From the NCBI GenBank assembly GCA_016874945.1, contig VGSO01000002.1, forward strand, positions 1 to 35,041: DNA of 35,041 bases. Reading direction: 5' to 3'. Position 1 is the stretch's first letter; every line of letters starts with the position of its first letter. This document shows, in pieces, positions 8,106 through 15,937 of this stretch. The notes under the pieces were generated by a model, which saw nothing but the letters and a program-made list of their open reading frames with translations, was not told where the DNA came from and searched no databases. The DNA is from Deltaproteobacteria bacterium (GTDB taxonomy: Bacteria > Desulfobacterota > Desulfobaccia > Desulfobaccales > 0-14-0-80-60-11). The position numbers and the translations under genes were made by a program.

Positions 8106-9482
8106 ATGAATATCAAAATAACCGGAGGGCGCCTGTACGATCCAGCCCGGGGAGTGCAAGGGGCGACGCAGGATCTTTTTATTCAAGGGGACCGGATCGT
8201 CGCTCACCTGCCGCACCCGGACCGGGTCATTCAGGCCCGGGACCAGGTGGTGGCGCCGGGGGGCATTGATCTGCGCGGCCAGGTGGCTACCTACGGCCTC
8301 AACTTCCTGCGCTTATGGAACCGGTTTCCCTCCCTTAAGGAGCTGGGACAACTCTATGCGGCTTCGGGTTACACCCATGTCCATGAACCCTTCCTGACGC
8401 TGTACACCGCCGGTTACGTCCATCGCCAGTTGGCCGCCCTTCCCCTGGTGGACACCTCCGCCTCCCTGGCGTTGAATTTAAGGGACCTGGATAGCTCCCT
8501 CAAATCTCCCGGCCAACTGGAGGAACTGGGGCAGACCATCAAATCTTTGCAGGAAAAAACCCGTTCCCTGGACCTGCGGCTCATTGAACCCTTTGTCCGC
8601 TACCGCCAATCTTATTACTCCCACCGGACCATGGAAGCGGCCAAGACCCTGGAGACCCTGACCAGGCTGGCCCTGGAGTGCGGTTTGCGCTTTAACCTGG
8701 AGGCCGGTCCCGAGGTTCTGGAGGCGCCTTTGCCCGAAACGCGCGCCTTTCATCTGGCGGCCCTGGGCCGGGCTTTGACCGAGGAGCGCCAACTGGAGCA
8801 GGCCCTGGATCACCTGGAAAAGGGCGGCACCGCCGACCTGGGGTTCCAGGCCCGCAACGCCTCCAGCATTGCAAATGAGCAGCCGGTAAAAGTGGATTTC
8901 GGCTGGTATCACCCTCTGAACCTTAACCCTAAGACCAAGGCAAACGGGGCCCTGGGCGTCATGCGCTTGGCCTTGCAATATCAGGGGCCGGGGCTCGCTT
9001 TTTCCGTCTGTGGACCGGTCTGGGACCCCACGGCGGAATTTCCCCCCTGTTTTTCCTGGCTCTGGGATCGGGCGGCCCGCCCCGCGGCTTGGGAAAGGCA
9101 ACTGCCGGGCCGGGAATTTTCTCTTTCGGAATGGGCCTGGGCCACCCGCACCTTGCCGGCCCGGCTCCTGGGCCTGGCCGACCGGGGGCATCTGGGGCCG
9201 GGGGCCCGGGCCGACGTGGCCCTTTTTGACCTCCCCCCGGACACTCCCTCGAGCCAATGGGCTCAGAGTTTGAGCCGTTGTCACACTCTGCTCAAAGCAG
9301 GGGAAGTGGTAATCGAGAATTTTGACCTGGTGCAGCCGGAGACCCCCAAGGCGACCTATTACCGGCGCGCCGGGGCGGAAGAGGGACCTTTGCTTGCCGA
9401 ACTTTGCCAGTATCGCAGTTTCCGGCCGGAGAATCTCTGGGTGGCCGATGAACTGGGAGGGGCCTGGGTGGGACTGGAATAA
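8106..9482 (+). CDS. formylmethanofuran dehydrogenase subunit A-like amidohydrolase-fold protein (metal-ligand motif degenerate)
   Basis: 458 aa. The N-terminus MNIKITGGRLYDP...DLFIQGDRIV...VVAPGGIDLRGQVA follows the FwdA/amidohydrolase beta-sandwich-to-barrel entry. The usual HxH after PGG(I/V)D is RGQ here. The stop overlaps the next start (TAATG at 9480-9484). Confidence 0.65.
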   Translation: MNIKITGGRLYDPARGVQGATQDLFIQGDRIVAHLPHPDRVIQARDQVVAPGGIDLRGQVATYGLNFLRLWNRFPSLKELGQLYAASGYTHVHEPFLTLYTAGYVHRQLAALPLVDTSASLALNLRDLDSSLKSPGQLEELGQTIKSLQEKTRSLDLRLIEPFVRYRQSYYSHRTMEAAKTLETLTRLALECGLRFNLEAGPEVLEAPLPETRAFHLAALGRALTEERQLEQALDHLEKGGTADLGFQARNASSIANEQPVKVDFGWYHPLNLNPKTKANGALGVMRLALQYQGPGLAFSVCGPVWDPTAEFPPCFSWLWDRAARPAAWERQLPGREFSLSEWAWATRTLPARLLGLADRGHLGPGARADVALFDLPPDTPSSQWAQSLSRCHTLLKAGEVVIENFDLVQPETPKATYYRRAGAEEGPLLAELCQYRSFRPENLWVADELGGAWVGLE

Positions 9483-9934
9483 TGGCGTCGGTAGAAGAAC
9501 TCCGGGAGTTTTTGCCCCGGACCGATTGCCGCCGGTGCGGCTTGACCTGCACGGAGTTTGCGGCTTCTCTGGGCCGGGGGGAATTGACTCCCGAGGACTG
9601 CCCGGTTCTCCATGAGCCGGATTTCGCCGGGTATATCGAAGCCCTGCATGAACTGCTGGGGCCGGCCCCGGCCGCGGCCCCGGCCATGCACATTGAAGTG
9701 GAAAAATGCAACGGCTGCGGCATTTGCGTGACCATGTGCGAATACCACCTGGGCAACTGCGATGAGGCCCGCCTTGGACGGGGGCCCCGCCCGGCCGATA
9801 AGGTGGTCTTTAAGGTGGTCAACGGCGCGGTGGTGGTGCTCCACCAGGAGCTTTGCACCCGCCTGGTCCAGGCCGCGGAAAAATGCAATAAATGCGCCGA
9901 CCATTGCCCCACCGGCGCCATTACTTTAACTTGA
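9482..9934 (+). CDS. Fe-S protein: RnfB/AcsC-type N-terminal Fe-S domain plus 2x[4Fe-4S] ferredoxin domain
   Basis: LPRTDCRRCGLTCTEFAASLGRGELTPEDCP resembles the 'putative Fe-S cluster' domain at the N-termini of RnfB and the CODH/ACS gamma subunit. CNGCGICVTMC and CNKCADHCPTGAI are ferredoxin motifs. Confidence 0.75.
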   Translation: MASVEELREFLPRTDCRRCGLTCTEFAASLGRGELTPEDCPVLHEPDFAGYIEALHELLGPAPAAAPAMHIEVEKCNGCGICVTMCEYHLGNCDEARLGRGPRPADKVVFKVVNGAVVVLHQELCTRLVQAAEKCNKCADHCPTGAITLT

Positions 9935-10060
9935 AATCCATGCGCTACTTCAAAAAGATAGGTCTCACGCCAAGGCGCAAAGACGCTAAAATGCAGAGGC
10001 GAACCTTGTTTTCGCCCGGTGTTCGCCCACTGATTTATCTAGGTTGCCGTCAGAAGGCAG

Positions 10061-10192
10061 GGGCGGGGGCACCCCGCCCGAAGGAATGCTGAAGCGCCCA
10101 AGACGGGCGGGGAAACCCCGCCCCTACGCCAGTTAAATGTTGCATGTTTGACGGCAATTGGCATTAGCCCCCTCCCCCTCAAGGGGGGAGGG
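10061..10192. repeat. cluster of three GC-rich hairpins (REP-like)
   Basis: GGGCGGGG-gca-CCCCGCCC (10061-10079), GGGCGGGG-aaa-CCCCGCCC (10105-10123) and CCCTCCCCC-tcaag-GGGGGAGGG (10170-10192), inside the 288-bp gap between the Fe-S gene and the hdrC-like gene. Confidence 0.75.
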
Positions 10193-10222
10193 CCGGGGTG
10201 GGGGTGAACTGGATTTACGCTA

Positions 10223-10699
10223 ATGGATGACAAACTTCGCCTTCAGGATTTGGATCCCCTGTTCAAAGAGGAAGTGGCCCGGGAGCCGGGCTGCCAGCAC
10301 CTCCTGCGCTGTTTTTCCTGCGGCGTCTGCACTGCCGCGTGTCCGGTGAGCGAAATCGAGCCGGATTTTTCCCCCAGCCTGATTATCCGGCAAATCCTCT
10401 ACGGCCTCCGGCGGCCGCTGCTGTCCTCTCCGGCCCTGTGGCACTGCGCCCGCTGCGCCCGCTGCTCCTTCCAATGCCCCCAGGATGTGCGCTTCCTGGA
10501 TATTATTCAGGGCTTGCGCCATATGGCCATCCGGGAAGGCCTGGTCAGCGCCGCCCGGGCGGAATTGCTGGAGCAAGGGGAGGGCTTGATCCAGGAACTG
10601 CGACGCCGCCTGATAAACCGGATCCTGGCCGATCCTGCGGAAAATCCTGATCCCCAGGAAACCTTGTCACGCTTAATAAAAGAAATGGACAATCTTTAA
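10223..10699 (+). CDS. hdrC: heterodisulfide reductase subunit C-like 2x[4Fe-4S] protein
   Basis: CFSCGVCTAACPV...P..IIRQILYG...LWHCARCARCSFQCPQDV...IIQGLR matches the HdrC layout of two ferredoxin motifs separated by a helical segment. 158 aa. Confidence 0.8.
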   Translation: MDDKLRLQDLDPLFKEEVAREPGCQHLLRCFSCGVCTAACPVSEIEPDFSPSLIIRQILYGLRRPLLSSPALWHCARCARCSFQCPQDVRFLDIIQGLRHMAIREGLVSAARAELLEQGEGLIQELRRRLINRILADPAENPDPQETLSRLIKEMDNL

Positions 10700-10817
10700 G
10701 AATTAAACATAACGTCATTAAATTATGCCTACAATATCGCAGCTTTTTTCTAAATAACAAGAGAGCTGATGACATTGCCAGATACAAACATATATCATGC
10801 CTTGGGAGGGAGAACAG

Positions 10818-11114
10818 ATGAAGAAGCTCATGGGAATAAGGGCAATGCTCTTGGCAGGTTTACTGGTAATACCCGGCAATTTCGGCCTGGCGGGCAGGGT
10901 CTTGGCCCAAAGCGATTCAGGGGCCATTGGAGATAAGCAAATGCAAGAGTTGCGGCAGAAGCGGGAAGAGCAATGGCAGGACCAGGAACGCCGGAGACAA
11001 AAAATGGAAGATACCGGCAAGCGCCAGCAAGACGCCACCAAGCGCCAGCAGGATGCCGTCAAGCGCCAGAAAGCGGCGGAACAGCGCCTGCGGGAACTCG
11101 AAGAAAAAAAATAA
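10818..11114 (+). CDS. small exported, highly charged coiled-coil protein with three 21-bp tandem repeats
   Basis: Strong SD GGGAGGGAG 5 nt before the ATG at 10818. Signal peptide MKKLMGIRAMLLAGLLVIPGNFGLAGRVLA-QS. The mature part is K/R/Q/E-rich. KRQQDAT/KRQQDAV/KRQKAAE are encoded by tandem 21-mers at 11019-11081. Confidence 0.6.
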   Translation: MKKLMGIRAMLLAGLLVIPGNFGLAGRVLAQSDSGAIGDKQMQELRQKREEQWQDQERRRQKMEDTGKRQQDATKRQQDAVKRQKAAEQRLRELEEKK

Positions 11115-11177
11115 GACCGGCTAAATAAAACTACCGAACTGAACTTGCCATGAACCGAGCAACCGAAGCATCCACTC

Positions 11178-11260
11178 GTTCCCAAGTTGCACTTGGGAAC
11201 GAAAATGGTTGCCAAGCTTAACTTGGCGGGTAAATGCGTTCCCAAGCCAAGCTTGGGAAC
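11178..11260. repeat. two GTTCCCAAG-type perfect hairpins (REP-like family)
   Basis: GTTCCCAAGT-tgc-ACTTGGGAAC (11178-11200) and GTTCCCAAGC-caa-GCTTGGGAAC (11238-11260), with a weaker CCAAG/CTTGG hairpin between them. The same family occurs at 18366-18389 and 31952-31975. Confidence 0.85.
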
Positions 11261-11268
11261 GAGAATTA

Positions 11269-14200
11269 ATGGCCTTGTTCATGGCTGAATCGTTGGCAAT
11301 CACCGACTTTAATCGGCCCATGGAACCGGAATCGAACCAGGCGTTGGTCCATCCCCTGGGGCGGGTGGTGAGCTCCCGGGTGCTGGTGGTGGGGGGCGGA
11401 GTGGCCGGGCAGCAGGCGGCGTTGGACGCCGCCGCCCTGGGGCTGCCGGTGACCCTGGCGGAGGCCGGACCCTCCCTGGGCGGCGTCATGGCCCAGTTGG
11501 ACAAGACTTTCCCCACCAACGACTGCGCCATGTGCATCCTGTCTCCCCGGATGCTGGAGGTCGCCCGGCATCCGCAAATCGACATTCTCACCCTGACCCG
11601 GCTGGTGCAGCTCCAGGGGGAAGCCGGGGACTTCCGGGTCAACCTCAGCGGGCGGCCCCGTTATATTGACGAGGAAAGGTGCACCGGCTGCGGGGAATGC
11701 GCCCGGGTCTGCCCCATCAAGATTCCGGATCCCTATAACCTGGGCCTCAGCCAGACCAGGGCCATTCATGTGCCCTTTCCCCAGGCCATTCCCCAGGCTG
11801 CCGTCATATCTGCCGATGCCTGTCGGCTGTGGCGCGGCAAAAAATGTGAAGCCTGCCTCCAGGCCTGCCCCACCGGGGCCATTAATTTCCGCCAGACGCC
11901 GCAAAACCGGATGCTCCACGTGGGGGCTGTCATTGTGGCCACCGGCGCCCAGGCGGCTCCGGGGTCGGATTTTCCCGGGGCCGGCCAGGCCGATGTGGTC
12001 ACCAGTTTTCAGTTTGAGCGTCTGTTGAGCGCCGGCGGGCCGCATCAAGGCCGGTTGCTGCGGCCCTCGGACTTAACCGAACCCGGCCGCATTGCCTTCA
12101 TTCAGTGCGCCGGCTCCCGGGACTTGCGCCAGGGCGCGGCTTACTGCTCCTCTGTTTGCTGCCTGGCCAGCCTCAAGCAAGCCCTGGTGGCCCGGGAACT
12201 CATACCCCAAGGGGAGACCGAGACCGCCATTTTTTACATGGACCTTCGGGCCCAGGGCAAGGGCCATGAAGCCTATATTCGGCAGGCGGAGGAAAAAGGG
12301 GTAAGGTTGGTCCGCTCCCGGGTGACCCGGGTGGACCCCCTGCCCCTAGGCGGGGTCCTAATCCGCTATACGGACCCTCGGGGCCGGCCGGTGGAGGCCC
12401 CTTTTGACCTGGCGGTGCTGGCGGTGGGTTTGCGGCCTCCCCCCCATCTGGCCCATTGGTCCCGAGTCCAGGGCATTCCCCTGAATGAGCACGGCTTTAT
12501 CAGGTCCTTCTCCGGCAACCCTATATGCACAGGGCGGCCAGGAGTATTGACCTGCGGCGCCGCGCAGGAGCCCATGGACATCACCCAGTCCGTAACTTCC
12601 GCCGGGGCCGCGGCCCAGGCCGCCGCCCAGTTATTGACCGTCAGCCGCCGCGCCTTCCCCACCCGGCGGCCACTGCCCGAAGCCGAGCCGGCTGCTTCCC
12701 TGAAGATCGGGGTATTTCTATGCCATTGCGGCACCAACATCGCCAGAACCATTGATCTGCCAAAACTGGCAACCGAGGTCCGGAGGCTCCCCGGGGTGGC
12801 GCACGTGGAGGACGACCTGTTCACCTGCGCGGTGGAATCCACCCAGCGCCTGGCGAATACCATCCGTGCTTTGGGCCTCAACCGGGTGGTGGTGGCCGCG
12901 TGCACCCCCCGGACCCATGAGCCTCTCTTCCGGGAGGTGGTGGCGGCCGCGGGACTGAACCCCGGTTACTTCACCATGGCCAATATCCGGGAACAGTGCG
13001 CCTGGGTCCACCAGGAGGAGCCGGCGGCGGCCCAGAGGAAGGCCCTGCAACTGGTCACCATGGCGGCGCTCCGGGCCCGGGCTTTGAATCCCCTGACATC
13101 CAGGACTCTGCCGGTAATTCCCCGGGCGATGGTGCTGGGCGGCGGCGTGGCGGGAATGAGCGCCGCCATTTGCCTGGCGGATCAGGGTTTTCACACCTAT
13201 TTAATTGAGCGTTCCCCGCGGTTGGGAGGAGTGGCCCGGCGGCTGCACTTTACCCTGGAGGGACTGAACCCCCCGAGATTCGTGCAAGACTTGGAGGCCA
13301 GAGTTTACGGCCATTTGAATATTGAGGTTCTCACCTCTTCCGAACTGGTCAGTTGCGAAGGTTACGCCGGCAGCTTCCGCACCAAGGTGCGGCGAGAAGG
13401 ACGAGCCCGCCCTGTGGAGCGCCTCCTGGAGCACGGCGTCGTACTGGTGGCCGTGGGCGGCCGGGAATTTCACCCCCAGGGGCTTTATCTTTACGGACAG
13501 GACCCTCGCGTTCTCACTCAACTGGAACTGGAGGGCCTGATCCATGACCAGGACTCTCGTTTGGAGGAAGCCCGCCGGCTGGTAATGATTCAGTGCGTGG
13601 GTTCCCGGGAGCCGGAGCATCCCTATTGCAGCCGTCTTTGTTGCAGCGAAGCCATCAAGAACGGCCTTTTGCTCAAGAAACGTTACCCGTGGCTGGATAC
13701 TACCATCCTTTACCGGGATATCCGGGCCTATGGGTTCCGGGAGGATTATTACCAGGAAGTTAAAGAAAGGGGGGTGAAGTTCATCCCCTTCCAACCGGAA
13801 AAGCCGCCCAGGTTGACTGCGGCCAAGCGGCGCCCCTTGTCCGTGCGGCTGTGGGACGAACTCCTGCAAGAGGAAATAGCCCTGGCCGCGGATTTGGTCA
13901 TCCTGAGCGCCGGCATCGAGCCGTCCGCGGACAACGGGCGCCTGGCCAAGCTGTTGGGCATCCCCCTGACCCTGGAGGGCTTCTTTCTCGAAGCCCACCA
14001 GAAACTGCGTCCGGTGGAGACCGCCACCGATGGCATTTTTCTCTGCGGCCTGGCCCACTATCCCAAGAGCCTGGGGGAAACCGTAGCCCAGGCCCAGGCC
14101 GCGGCCGTCCGCGCCGCGGCCATCCTGTTCCAGACGGAGTTGGCCAGCGGAGAAATCACGGCCCGAATTGACCAGGGCAGGTGTTGCCGCTGTTTGACCT

Positions 14201-14382
14201 GCCTGGAGGTCTGTCCCTATGGCGCCGTGAAAGTAAAGGCCGGCGGCTACCCCGGGGTGGAGGAGGAGATGTGCCGGGGTTGCGGGACCTGCGTGGCGGA
14301 GTGTCCGGCAGAAGCCATAACCTTGACCCGCTATACCGATGAGGAACTGGAGGCCCAGATGAGCGCGGCCCTGGTTCAGTGA
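11269..14382 (+). CDS. hdrA: tandem (double) HdrA-like flavoprotein
   Basis: Module 1: VLVVGGGVAGQQAALDAA...GGVMAQLDKTFPTNDCAMCILSP plus an inserted ferredoxin (CTGCGECARVCP, CEACLQACP). Then an HdrA N-terminal-type domain (IGVFLCHCGTNIA...VVVAACTPRTHE...NIREQCAWVH). Then a second FAD fold (MVLGGGVAGMSAAICLADQG), CVGSRE...YCSRLCC, and a C-terminal 2x[4Fe-4S] (CCRCLTCLEVCP, CRGCGTCVAECP). I moved the start to ATG 11269 because 11209-11260 is repeat DNA. Confidence 0.85.
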   Translation: MALFMAESLAITDFNRPMEPESNQALVHPLGRVVSSRVLVVGGGVAGQQAALDAAALGLPVTLAEAGPSLGGVMAQLDKTFPTNDCAMCILSPRMLEVARHPQIDILTLTRLVQLQGEAGDFRVNLSGRPRYIDEERCTGCGECARVCPIKIPDPYNLGLSQTRAIHVPFPQAIPQAAVISADACRLWRGKKCEACLQACPTGAINFRQTPQNRMLHVGAVIVATGAQAAPGSDFPGAGQADVVTSFQFERLLSAGGPHQGRLLRPSDLTEPGRIAFIQCAGSRDLRQGAAYCSSVCCLASLKQALVARELIPQGETETAIFYMDLRAQGKGHEAYIRQAEEKGVRLVRSRVTRVDPLPLGGVLIRYTDPRGRPVEAPFDLAVLAVGLRPPPHLAHWSRVQGIPLNEHGFIRSFSGNPICTGRPGVLTCGAAQEPMDITQSVTSAGAAAQAAAQLLTVSRRAFPTRRPLPEAEPAASLKIGVFLCHCGTNIARTIDLPKLATEVRRLPGVAHVEDDLFTCAVESTQRLANTIRALGLNRVVVAACTPRTHEPLFREVVAAAGLNPGYFTMANIREQCAWVHQEEPAAAQRKALQLVTMAALRARALNPLTSRTLPVIPRAMVLGGGVAGMSAAICLADQGFHTYLIERSPRLGGVARRLHFTLEGLNPPRFVQDLEARVYGHLNIEVLTSSELVSCEGYAGSFRTKVRREGRARPVERLLEHGVVLVAVGGREFHPQGLYLYGQDPRVLTQLELEGLIHDQDSRLEEARRLVMIQCVGSREPEHPYCSRLCCSEAIKNGLLLKKRYPWLDTTILYRDIRAYGFREDYYQEVKERGVKFIPFQPEKPPRLTAAKRRPLSVRLWDELLQEEIALAADLVILSAGIEPSADNGRLAKLLGIPLTLEGFFLEAHQKLRPVETATDGIFLCGLAHYPKSLGETVAQAQAAAVRAAAILFQTELASGEITARIDQGRCCRCLTCLEVCPYGAVKVKAGGYPGVEEEMCRGCGTCVAECPAEAITLTRYTDEELEAQMSAALVQ

Positions 14383-14453
14383 CGGGAAAAACCAATTCTT
14401 TTGGGGGGGCTTGCTGGCAGGCCCTCGGATAGTAAGCGCCAGGAGAAAAACCC

Positions 14454-14876
14454 ATGATCAGAGCAAGCTTTTGCGGGTTATGTGACGATTGCCAACTGGG
14501 CAATCCCGTCTTTCTGGACACGGTCTCCCACCTCCAGGAATATCTGAGCCGCTTCCGGTCCAACTGGTGGCTTCATTGTTTCCCCGGCGAAGAGGGTTTT
14601 AGCTTCCAGGAGCTTCGCAAGGGCCTGAAATGGTTCCGGTCCCACTCGGAGTGCCCGGGTTGCAAGGATGGCCGGGGCCATGAGGATTGTCCCATTCGCC
14701 GCTGCGCCCTGGACCGGGGGCTGGACCAGTGTTACCAGTGTCCGGATCTGGGGCCGTGTGAAAAATTCGACTTCTTGCTGACCGAGTTTCCTGATCTCAA
14801 GGCCAGGCTGCGCCGCCGCCAACTGAAGCACCGCGCCCTGGAATTCCACCGCCGCCTGGAAGCCAAGGGAACGTAA
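14454..14876 (+). CDS. small Cys-rich protein (DUF3795-like)
   Basis: AGGAGA SD 7 nt upstream. FCGLCDDCQLG ... ECPGCKDGRG..DCPIRRCALDRGLDQCYQCPDLGPCEKF matches my recollection of the DUF3795 Cys pattern. Confidence 0.6.
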   Translation: MIRASFCGLCDDCQLGNPVFLDTVSHLQEYLSRFRSNWWLHCFPGEEGFSFQELRKGLKWFRSHSECPGCKDGRGHEDCPIRRCALDRGLDQCYQCPDLGPCEKFDFLLTEFPDLKARLRRRQLKHRALEFHRRLEAKGT

Positions 14877-15011
14877 AAATAATTTCCTTGGTGACCATAA
14901 GTCACAATTAGCGGTTATCTACTCGGGGCTTTGGGAGAAATTTATACCAGGTTATCTCGGTAAAACTGATGAATATTAACCGGAACACCATGATATCACT
15001 TTAATTCTTAG

Positions 15012-15035
15012 CCGAAAACCGGAAACCGAAAACGG
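15012..15035. repeat. heptanucleotide tandem repeat (CCGAAAA-type x3)
   Basis: ccgaaaa ccggaaa ccgaaaa cgg, ending 13 nt before the polyferredoxin ATG. Confidence 0.8.
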
Positions 15036-15047
15036 TATTATAGTTCC

Positions 15048-15899
15048 ATGATCCCCCAGGTGAAAAAACGGGAAAGGGCCGACTGTCTGGAACTGACGCT
15101 CCGGATGTACGTGGATCAGGTGCAACTGCGCCTGGATAAGCAGGCCTGCATCAAATGCGACATCTGCTCTCTGGTTTGCCCCAGGCAGGCGGTGACCATC
15201 ATTCCCGGCGAGACCGACCTCGAAATCGACATCGACCCCCGGCGCTGCGTGCTTTGCGAGGTCTGCGCCCATTTTTGCCCCCTGGAGGCAGTCACCTTGA
15301 CTTACAACGGGCAGCCCAAGGCCATGCTGGCCCAACATCAGGGGCTGGCCCCCTTCCTGCCCAAAATCCAAATGGACAAAAACAAGTGCCCGGAGCCCTG
15401 TCCGCCGCAGTCCGAAGGCGAAGTCCACTGGTGCCGCCAGCAGTTGAAGCTCATCGCCAATTCCCTGGAGGAGTGTCCCAAACATTGTCACAAATGCCTG
15501 GAGGCCTGTCCGCGCCAGGCCATCATCCTGGACGAGACCGGACTCCTGACCCTCCCCCGGCCCGATCTTTGCCTGCGGTGCACCCAGTGCCTGGGGGTTT
15601 GCAAATATGAGTCCATTGTGGTCAATCCCCAGTTTTCCGGAGAAGTAATTATTGATGACCGGAAGTGCCCGCCGGATTGCCTCAAATGCATCGACCTCTG
15701 TCCCGTCAAGGCCATTGTCCGAGAGGGAGAACGGGTCTTCCTGCGAGTGGAAAGGTGCAGTTACTGCGGGGTTTGCCGCAACATCTGCGACGAGGGCGCC
15801 ATCACCCTGATCCGGAGGGAAGTGGTGGCCATGGCGGGAAAGTTTTCCCAGGCCTGGGAAGCGGCTTTAAATAAATTAGTGGGGAACGATCAGGTTTAA
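15048..15899 (+). CDS. polyferredoxin (about six [4Fe-4S] motifs; FwdF/MvhB-like)
   Basis: CIKCDICSLVCP, CVLCEVCAHFCP, CHKCLEACP, CLRCTQCLGVC, CLKCIDLCP and CSYCGVCRNIC in 283 aa. No obvious SD; the start could be the internal ATG at 15105. Confidence 0.8.
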   Translation: MIPQVKKRERADCLELTLRMYVDQVQLRLDKQACIKCDICSLVCPRQAVTIIPGETDLEIDIDPRRCVLCEVCAHFCPLEAVTLTYNGQPKAMLAQHQGLAPFLPKIQMDKNKCPEPCPPQSEGEVHWCRQQLKLIANSLEECPKHCHKCLEACPRQAIILDETGLLTLPRPDLCLRCTQCLGVCKYESIVVNPQFSGEVIIDDRKCPPDCLKCIDLCPVKAIVREGERVFLRVERCSYCGVCRNICDEGAITLIRREVVAMAGKFSQAWEAALNKLVGNDQV

Positions 15900-15912
15900 A
15901 AGCCGACCGCGA

Positions 15913-15933
15913 ATAGCTGATAGCCGATAGCTC
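15913..15933. repeat. heptanucleotide tandem repeat (ATAGCYG x3)
   Basis: atagctg atagccg atagctc, ending 5 nt before the HdrA-MvhD ATG. Confidence 0.7.
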
Positions 15934-15937
15934 TAAA

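Noticed and set aside
9892-10092. 66-aa ORF in the Fe-S / hdrC gap, plus similar small ORFs across repeat DNA (10039-10233(-), 18302-18496(+), 31754-31945(-), 34241-34513(+)).
   Set aside because: They are composed almost entirely of REP-like hairpins or dispersed repeat modules, or they read through a terminator. They have no SD and no protein-like composition.
14913-14957. Direct repeat GGTTATCT (14913-14920 and 14950-14957) and GTGAC-N5-GTCAC (14891-14905) upstream of the polyferredoxin gene, as regulator binding sites.
   Set aside because: The motifs are short (8 bp, and 5-bp arms), and the 37-bp spacing is not helical-phase friendly. They could easily arise by chance in 170 bp. I noted them only.
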